A stretch of DNA of 63,364 nucleotides from Promethearchaeota archaeon (lineage in GTDB: Archaea > Asgardarchaeota > Lokiarchaeia > Sigyniarchaeales > SOKP01). The stretch is taken from assembly GCA_048938005.1 (NCBI GenBank), contig JBHLMQ010000007.1:1-63364 (forward strand), in the 5' to 3' direction. The notes beneath the pieces are model-generated. The model had not been told where the DNA came from and made no database searches. It was given only the letters and a program-made list of their open reading frames with translations. Numbering within the stretch: the stretch's first letter is position 1; every line of letters starts with the position of its first letter. Shown here in pieces: positions 56,986 to 63,364 of this stretch. Both the position numbers and the translations under genes were made by a program.

Positions 56986-57309
56986 CTATTCGACAACTTC
57001 TTTAATCCAATTTAAATAGCTTTCAGAACCTTTTTCGATTTTGAATCCAATACATTCTGGAATCTCATAACTATGAATTTCATTGATCTTATCAATTATT
57101 GATTCACTATTTTCTTTAGTTGTTTTGATAAGTAATAAATGCTCGTCGTCTTCCTCGATTTTTCCCTTCCATCTATAGATAGATAAAATGTTCCGAATGA
57201 TATTTACACATGCTGCAAGTTTATTTTCAACTAAAATTTTTGCTATCCGTTGACCTTCTTCAATATTTGGTACAGTTACAAGAAAAATGTAGTAATTCAT
57301 GGTAATCAT
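56986..57309 (-). CDS. cutA: Divalent-cation tolerance protein CutA
   Basis: LVENKLAACVNI..SIYRWKG, HSYEIPE. Confidence 0.95.
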   Translation of the reverse strand: MITMNYYIFLVTVPNIEEGQRIAKILVENKLAACVNIIRNILSIYRWKGKIEEDDEHLLLIKTTKENSESIIDKINEIHSYEIPECIGFKIEKGSESYLNWIKEVVE

Positions 57310-57661
57310 TTTTTAATATTTATAATACTGATTAATGCAATATTTAATATCAACTTTTTTCAGATTCAAGAATTTTCCTTACTCCTTATGAATTTGATTG
57401 AATATTTGTAAGCGGTTTAAGATTTATTTCATTTACAATTAAAATCAAGATTTAGAATTGAATCCATACAAAAAATTAAATATTACAATATCAATATTTC
57501 AAACAGTTGTAAATTTTATAATTTGTAGAGGTTGTGTCTTTACTTTAACACTAAAACGTAGAGTTAAAATATTTTGAAAAAGATAATATAGCAAAATGAA
57601 AATCAAAAATAATTTAGGAGGGAGCACTTCTCTTATTATATCATTTTTTTCTCTTATTATG

Positions 57662-58369
57662 CTATTTTAATCGTTTCTTTATTATAATCGAAACAATACT
57701 AAATATTATACCAAATAATATTAAAATATTATAACCAGGAATCCCACCAATATTACGCGCGTATTGAGAGTATTGGTTAGGCATGATATCATAATAATCA
57801 GTTACATTATCATAATACCAAGTTTCAACAATAAACGTGAAATTGTCTAAAACTTCAAATGCTGCTAGCGGGACGGTAGCTGATATAATCCCTCCTGCTA
57901 TAGAACCGACCGGATCTGAAAGCAGTATATTATTCTGAAACGATGATGTATCATTATCCCAACCTTGATGGGTAAATCCATCGTTATGAGGCACATACTT
58001 TCTCAACTCAACCTTATAATCAGTAAGAGTACGATATATTATACCATATTGCCTTTGGTCCATATAATATTCTAAAGTATTGTATGTCTCGAAGATATAT
58101 ATTGAGATCTCAATCGAACTATGTTCAAAACTTATGCTTTCTAGATCTCCACCTAAAGTTAAATTAAAGTCTTGTCCATCAATATCAAGTTTTATTATAT
58201 CGATCTCATCAATAAAATCACCTTGTTCTTGCGTGCTAAATTTAAGAACGTCGTCTTGGTCATCATTTATCGTTGTTGTTAGACAATTTACCAATGGAAT
58301 CGCTTCTAATGTTAATATAAAAGAAATAATAAAAATACCACTAAGCAAGAAATGTTTAATCTTTTTCAT
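57662..58369 (-). CDS. Secreted/surface protein with Loki-CTERM sorting tail
   Basis: N-terminal signal peptide; C-terminal IPGY + TM + KKRLK. Confidence 0.75.
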   Translation of the reverse strand: MKKIKHFLLSGIFIISFILTLEAIPLVNCLTTTINDDQDDVLKFSTQEQGDFIDEIDIIKLDIDGQDFNLTLGGDLESISFEHSSIEISIYIFETYNTLEYYMDQRQYGIIYRTLTDYKVELRKYVPHNDGFTHQGWDNDTSSFQNNILLSDPVGSIAGGIISATVPLAAFEVLDNFTFIVETWYYDNVTDYYDIMPNQYSQYARNIGGIPGYNILILFGIIFSIVSIIIKKRLK

Positions 58370-58564
58370 TTTTTTTCAACCTTTAATTCTTTATTGAATT
58401 TCTATTTCTAGTTACGCTTTCATTCGAAGAATACTAAATTATAATATCAAACATAATTATTTAACTATTTTGTAAAAATGATATTTTTTAGAGTAGAGAA
58501 AATTAAATATTTCAGTATTAATATTTCAACCAGTAGGAGTTTTTAAAATTTATAGAGGTATTAT

Positions 58565-58735
58565 ATGAATAAATCTCAGGTTTTCTTAAGTTTTATATTT
58601 CTAATCAATCTATCAATTACGTTATATATCATGGCTTTCAGAGTCTTTCGTGATCCTCACTTATATTTTATTGAACTTGCACAAACTGTTATAATAAGTC
58701 TTCTATTGATGTATATGATAATAGAAGAACATTGA
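58565..58735 (+). CDS. Small two-TM protein (56 aa), not in ORF track
   Basis: GAGGT RBS; MNKSQVFLSFIFLINLSITLYIMAFRVFRDPHLYFIELAQTVIISLLLMYMIIEEH. Confidence 0.45.
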   Translation: MNKSQVFLSFIFLINLSITLYIMAFRVFRDPHLYFIELAQTVIISLLLMYMIIEEH

Positions 58736-58911
58736 AAATAAAGTATCTTGGTACATCTTAAGTTATTGTTAAATTTCGAAGAAGACAAGACAAAAATTTC
58801 TAATTAAATTATCAGAAATTATAAATATTAAAAATGTTATTATACTTAAAAATAAGTAGAAAAAAACAAAAATAGATTTTACTCGTCTAGTAATAGAGGT
58901 GAAAAGGACTT

Positions 58912-59637
58912 ATTCTGCATAATGTATATTTAATCCATCAATACACAGGCATTTGCCTTATCCATCGAAGGTATGGGAGCATTGAGTTTAATCAAGATTT
59001 AGTAAGTGGTTTTCTTACAGCCCTAAAGGATTTCTCAGTTGAATTTTCTAAAGGAAGTGGGGAGCTTAAAGTAATAGATATGCAAGTATTCTATTTATTA
59101 CTGGTTTTTAAAGAAGGTGTATTGATAACTGCTGCCGCTGATAAGAATGATGATGCTAAAATAACCCATAAAGCTTTAACTGATATTATTGATAAATTTA
59201 TTACTCAATTTGGGGATCAGCTTGATGGTTGGTCTGGAGATGTCCGAATCTTTCGGGATTTTGAACATATTATAGACGAAATCTTGCAGAGGGGTAGAAT
59301 TGCGGAGATTCAGTTAAAACTTCCTATTTTGTTAATTTTCAAGAAAGATTTTCTCAAATCGCAGAAGCGTATTGCGAAGAAGGGTTTGGTGCTTTCCGAA
59401 GAAGATTTACGTGATGTGAGAGATCAGAAGCCGGAATGGACTGCTAAGCGTCTACCGAAGCAAGTAATCACCCAGGGATTTTTAGATAAGAAAGAGTATA
59501 AAATAGCTCATTTAGCTGATGGATTTCATACGATAGGCGAGATTGCTGAGGAGACCGGTCGACCAGAGGTAGAAATTCAGAGGATAATAGGGAGTTTAGA
59601 CGACTTAGGCTTACTCTCATTTATAGATATAAAATAA
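58912..59637 (+). CDS. Longin-like domain + C-terminal HTH protein
   Basis: Frame is open 56 codons upstream of the track start: ILHNVYLIHQYTGICLIHRRYG...DLVSGFLTALKDFS; C-terminal DGFHTIGEIAEETG...LDDLGLL; start uncertain. Confidence 0.7.
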   Translation: MLHNVYLIHQYTGICLIHRRYGSIEFNQDLVSGFLTALKDFSVEFSKGSGELKVIDMQVFYLLLVFKEGVLITAAADKNDDAKITHKALTDIIDKFITQFGDQLDGWSGDVRIFRDFEHIIDEILQRGRIAEIQLKLPILLIFKKDFLKSQKRIAKKGLVLSEEDLRDVRDQKPEWTAKRLPKQVITQGFLDKKEYKIAHLADGFHTIGEIAEETGRPEVEIQRIIGSLDDLGLLSFIDIK

Positions 59638-59805
59638 AGATTATTTTAGGTTTTTTACTAACTAGTTTTAAATTAGACTTTAAATTTATTTAATTTTTTA
59701 GAACACATCTTAAATTCTAATCCTTTAGCAGATTTTATTTTTACTTGAATTTTTAAAGAATTAAATAAAAATCTTTTTGATAACTGTTTTATTAATAAAA
59801 TTAAG

Positions 59806-61278
59806 ATGAATGTTAATAAGATAGATGACAATATCTACGAAATTCCTCCTAAAACTTTAATGACACGTATTAAAGGGAATATTGAGAAATTTCAGATGCG
59901 GGTTCCGGTAAAAATTTATGCTAACAATTATATCTTGGAAAAAATTCGAGGGGACCGCACATTGGATCAAATATGTAATGTTGCGTGTTTACCCGGAATT
60001 CAAAAACATGCCGTTGCTCTTTCGGACGCTCATCAAGGATATGGTTTTTGTATTGGTGGTGTTGCTGGAACGGATGCTGAGAGTGGAATGATTTCTCCTG
60101 GTGGTGTTGGATATGATATTAACTGTGGAGTTAGGCTACTTAGGACGAATTTATTTCTCAAAGATATTAAAGGAGTATTGCCAAACCTACTAAATAAAAT
60201 ATTTAGTAATATCCCTTCAGGTTTAGGTTCAAAAGGTAAATTAAACATAAGCTATTCAGATTTAGATAAGGTCTTAAATAATGGTGTGAATTGGGCATTT
60301 GAAAAAAATTATGCTATTGAGGAAGACCTTAAACATTTAGAAGAGAATGGATGTTTAAAAGATGCTGATGCGAATTTAGTTTCACAGAGAGCAAAACAAC
60401 GTGCTATTAAACAACTTGGTTCGTTGGGAAGTGGAAATCATTTTTTAGAAATTCAAAAAGTAGATCAAATTTACAATCATGAAATTGCAAAAAAATTAGA
60501 GATCTTTGAAAAGAATCAAATCACAATTATGATTCATACAGGAAGTAGAGCTCTTGGACATCAAGTATGTACAGATTCATTGCGTAATATTGAACAAGCA
60601 ATGAAAAAATACAACATTAAAGTTCCTGATAGGGAATTAGCATGTGTACCAGCAGATACACCTGAAGCTCAGAATTATTTAAAACAAATGGCATGTGCAG
60701 CTAATTTTGGTTTTACAAACCGCCAATTAATAACTCATTGGTTGAGGGAATCTGTTCAGGATATTTTTAAAAAAGATTTAGATGCTTTAGATTTACATTT
60801 GATATATGGTGTATGCCATAATATTCTGAAAATAGAAGAACACAAAATTGATGGCAAAAAAATGAAATTAAATGTGCATAGGAAAGGTGCTACAAGAGCT
60901 TTTCCACCAGAACATCCTGATTTACCATCCAACTATAAATCCATAGGACAACCAGCATTAATCCCGGGAACGATGGGTTCTGCCTCATACCTCTGTGTAG
61001 GTAAAAAAAATGCTATGGACCTATCATTTGGTTCTACTGCTCATGGTTCTGGAAGAGTAATGTCTAGAGCTAAAGCTACAAAAAAATATTGGGGAGAACG
61101 TGTTAAAAATGATCTAAGTAAACAAGGAATCTTAGTAAAGGCTGCCTCGATGAAAGTTATTGCTGAAGAGGCTCCAGGTGCATATAAAGACATAGATCAA
61201 GTTGTTCAAGTTAGTCATGATCTTGGAATCGTTGAAAAAATAGTAAGATTAGTTCCTATAGGTGTAGTAAAGGGATAA
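59806..61278 (+). CDS. rtcB: tRNA-splicing ligase RtcB
   Basis: DAHQGYGF, GVGYDINCG, GSGNHF, HTGSR, HN, HRKGAT, HGSGR, EEAPGAYK. Confidence 0.97.
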   Translation: MNVNKIDDNIYEIPPKTLMTRIKGNIEKFQMRVPVKIYANNYILEKIRGDRTLDQICNVACLPGIQKHAVALSDAHQGYGFCIGGVAGTDAESGMISPGGVGYDINCGVRLLRTNLFLKDIKGVLPNLLNKIFSNIPSGLGSKGKLNISYSDLDKVLNNGVNWAFEKNYAIEEDLKHLEENGCLKDADANLVSQRAKQRAIKQLGSLGSGNHFLEIQKVDQIYNHEIAKKLEIFEKNQITIMIHTGSRALGHQVCTDSLRNIEQAMKKYNIKVPDRELACVPADTPEAQNYLKQMACAANFGFTNRQLITHWLRESVQDIFKKDLDALDLHLIYGVCHNILKIEEHKIDGKKMKLNVHRKGATRAFPPEHPDLPSNYKSIGQPALIPGTMGSASYLCVGKKNAMDLSFGSTAHGSGRVMSRAKATKKYWGERVKNDLSKQGILVKAASMKVIAEEAPGAYKDIDQVVQVSHDLGIVEKIVRLVPIGVVKG

Positions 61279-61308
61279 ATTCTTCTTTTATTGGTTTTTA
61301 TTTTTGAT

Positions 61309-61746
61309 TTAGATGTCAAATACAATATTTATTCTAACTCTATTCTTTTTTTCTTCGATTTTCATAAAAGAATAAGTTATAGCTTTAACTTCGGAACCTG
61401 GTTCATGTTTACGTTTATCAAATTTTTCTCCTTTAACAATAGCTTCTAGATAATATTTTTTCTCAGATTTTTTTATAGGTTGAATAATTATTTTATTGAA
61501 AACTAGTTCATCTACATCAAATAGATAAAGAAATTCAGTTAAAAAGTCAAATAATAAAGCTTCTTTATCTTCTGCTTCAATTGTAATAATTCTTTCAATT
61601 TGAGGAGATATTAATTTTAAACTTGGTGTAATCGTTTCCATTAGGCTATAGGCTGTCTGTTCAAAAGCTTCTTCCAAATTTCTGCCTAAAATTTCAACCG
61701 AAACATCAGCAGTGTGATCCAAAAATCTATAACCTACTTTTTTCAT
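61309..61746 (-). CDS. Archease
   Basis: FLDHTADV, EVKAITY, C-terminal FDI; adjacent to rtcB. Confidence 0.95.
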   Translation of the reverse strand: MKKVGYRFLDHTADVSVEILGRNLEEAFEQTAYSLMETITPSLKLISPQIERIITIEAEDKEALLFDFLTEFLYLFDVDELVFNKIIIQPIKKSEKKYYLEAIVKGEKFDKRKHEPGSEVKAITYSFMKIEEKKNRVRINIVFDI

Positions 61747-61863
61747 CTTAAGTTCGCTTATTTGATTAGAATTCCATGATTAAGAAGACTTAGATATTAA
61801 TAACATAACTCATATTATATAAATTTCTTAGTGGTTTAAATCGATTATGAATAATAATACAAT

Positions 61864-62364
61864 ATGTTCTATACGATAGTGGATGATTTAGTACTTTATC
61901 AATTATTATCATTTATTAAAAAATTTTCAAATTATGAACTTAAATTACGTGAATATTTTTATCAAAAGACTGCTGGAATATATCCAGAGTTTATTGTAGT
62001 AATTAATCAATTTGTGTTTTTTTTTGTCAAAAAGGAGAATTACTTTAGCTCGAAAATGTACTTAGAATCTATTAGAAGGGAATTTACAACGAAAAAGGTT
62101 TTAATTATAAGAGTTGAGAGGATTCTCATTAATTTATTGTTCAGTTTTTTCCCTGATTTAAATATAGATAATATAAAAATAGAAACTGATAAAGCATCTG
62201 GTAAGAGAAAAATTTCTGTATATTTTTTATTTTTTGAAGAAAGGGGGATTGCAATTGGTCGCAATGGAAATTATATTAGAGCAGTAAATGAAATATTTAA
62301 AAAATATGTCGTTTTTGAAACCAAAAGCCTTCCATTAGAAGTAAAATGCAAATTCAAGGATTAA
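61864..62364 (+). CDS. Divergent NusA-like KH-domain protein
   Basis: ERGIAIGRNGNYI KH motif; first KH repeat degenerate. Confidence 0.6.
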   Translation: MFYTIVDDLVLYQLLSFIKKFSNYELKLREYFYQKTAGIYPEFIVVINQFVFFFVKKENYFSSKMYLESIRREFTTKKVLIIRVERILINLLFSFFPDLNIDNIKIETDKASGKRKISVYFLFFEERGIAIGRNGNYIRAVNEIFKKYVVFETKSLPLEVKCKFKD

Positions 62365-62382
62365 TATTAATCTACAGATCTT

Positions 62383-63144
62383 TTACCATGGCACGTTTTT
62401 TAAACCGACTGCATAAGCTACTGTATTCGCAATAATACTAACTGCAGGTGTCAATATTATTAAAAAAGTTATGATAAAGATATCAGGTAGTAAGAATAGT
62501 TTTGGTGATATAAATCCAGGAATTGAAACGAATAATAATGCTATTAATACAAAGTCCAGCTGATCTACGATCCAGAAAGGTGCTCCGCTTTTAATATCAA
62601 ATCTTCTTTTCAGGAAAGATCCAATTAAGTCACCTATTACTGCTCCGTAAGAAGCTAGCACAATTCGTATAATTAATACAAGAAAATTAATAGGAAATTC
62701 TCCACCTATAAAGTAATATTGAAAAATTTTAGGTTCATTATAAAGAAGATATTGTCCTTGAGCAGTGGCATCATTAATAATATCACTAATTGGCATCCAT
62801 AAAATGTTAAAAAGAAGAAAAATGAAAAACGAGATCGGAATTCCGATATATAAAGGCCCTTTTAATCCATTCCATGTTTTATGATCTCCAAGAATTCTCC
62901 TACCATCACGAAAATATCTTCCACCATCAATGGGTTTACCTCCACCAGTGATGACCATAGAAGCATTTGAAATATATGCCGGTGCTATGAATAAGAGACT
63001 AAATATTAAGAGAGCCACCCAATCAGCCCAATTGAAGATGAATGCTATTAATAGGAAGTTTGCTAATATAAAACAAGCAAATATTATAGCTAAAATAACG
63101 GCAATCTTCTTATGTTTCTGAGTTAAATTATTATTAGTAGGCAA
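62383..63144 (-). CDS. carS: CDP-archaeol synthase
   Basis: PAYISN, PIDGG...DGRRILGDHKTW, GDLIGSFLKRR, DQLDF, KNVPW. Confidence 0.93.
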   Translation of the reverse strand: MPTNNNLTQKHKKIAVILAIIFACFILANFLLIAFIFNWADWVALLIFSLLFIAPAYISNASMVITGGGKPIDGGRYFRDGRRILGDHKTWNGLKGPLYIGIPISFFIFLLFNILWMPISDIINDATAQGQYLLYNEPKIFQYYFIGGEFPINFLVLIIRIVLASYGAVIGDLIGSFLKRRFDIKSGAPFWIVDQLDFVLIALLFVSIPGFISPKLFLLPDIFIITFLIILTPAVSIIANTVAYAVGLKNVPW

Positions 63145-63364
63145 TTTATTATTAGGAGTGTTTAATCGCTAAGAAAATAAATAATTAGACAAATATTTAA
63201 TTAAATTAAACTTTTTTTAATTGAAAGGATTGTTAATAAGATCTTAATAAATATTGCTTCATAAATAATATTCTTTTAAAATTCCGACAATAATATTATA
63301 AAATATAGAAAAGATCTGTCAAAATTAGATATTAAAGCTTTAACATTTTTTTATTATATTAAAG

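Noticed and set aside
1-63364. CRISPR arrays, rRNA, transposases, selenocysteine/pyrrolysine read-through
   Set aside because: No regularly spaced repeats, rRNA-like blocks, transposase motifs or in-frame TGA/TAG within conserved domains were noticed by eye; short or degenerate cases could have been missed.

Overview
AT-rich archaeal chromosome segment, most likely from an Asgard archaeon of the Lokiarchaeia/Promethearchaeota type. That assignment is inferred from a profilin-like gene, a longin-domain gene, a Loki-CTERM sorting tail, archaeal MAT, GatDE and TFB. Most of the window is housekeeping: sua5/THUMP/cgi121, an ECF module, the proteasome-exosome superoperon (psmA, SBDS, rrp4/41/42, rpl37ae, pcc1, pfdB), four tRNAs (two with bulge-helix-bulge [BHB] introns, one of them in the T-loop), tfb, rpl2, gatDE, elp3, pyrDK, nop5/fibrillarin, rnhB, mat, hypB, Lsm, elf1, pelota, rtcB/archease and carS. 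Four things stand out. (1) rnhB is split inside its catalytic DEAGR-G motif by a 30-nt stop-containing insert that folds as a BHB intron, and splicing it restores the frame, so it is a candidate mRNA intron. (2) There is a set of putative actin/membrane regulators: an unannotated 50-aa WH2 microprotein, a coiled-coil/polyproline/WH2-like protein next to a BAR-like protein, and a profilin. (3) An eight-gene uncharacterised cluster encodes an ATPase-dead SMC-like protein, a MAGE/Nse3-like KITE protein and an AAA+ ATPase. (4) An AN1-zinc-finger site-2 protease lies in tandem with an AN1-zinc-finger rhomboid pseudoprotease. Several genes appear to use non-canonical start codons. No CRISPR array, rRNA or transposase was seen. 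All family calls are by-eye motif recognition; no searches were run.
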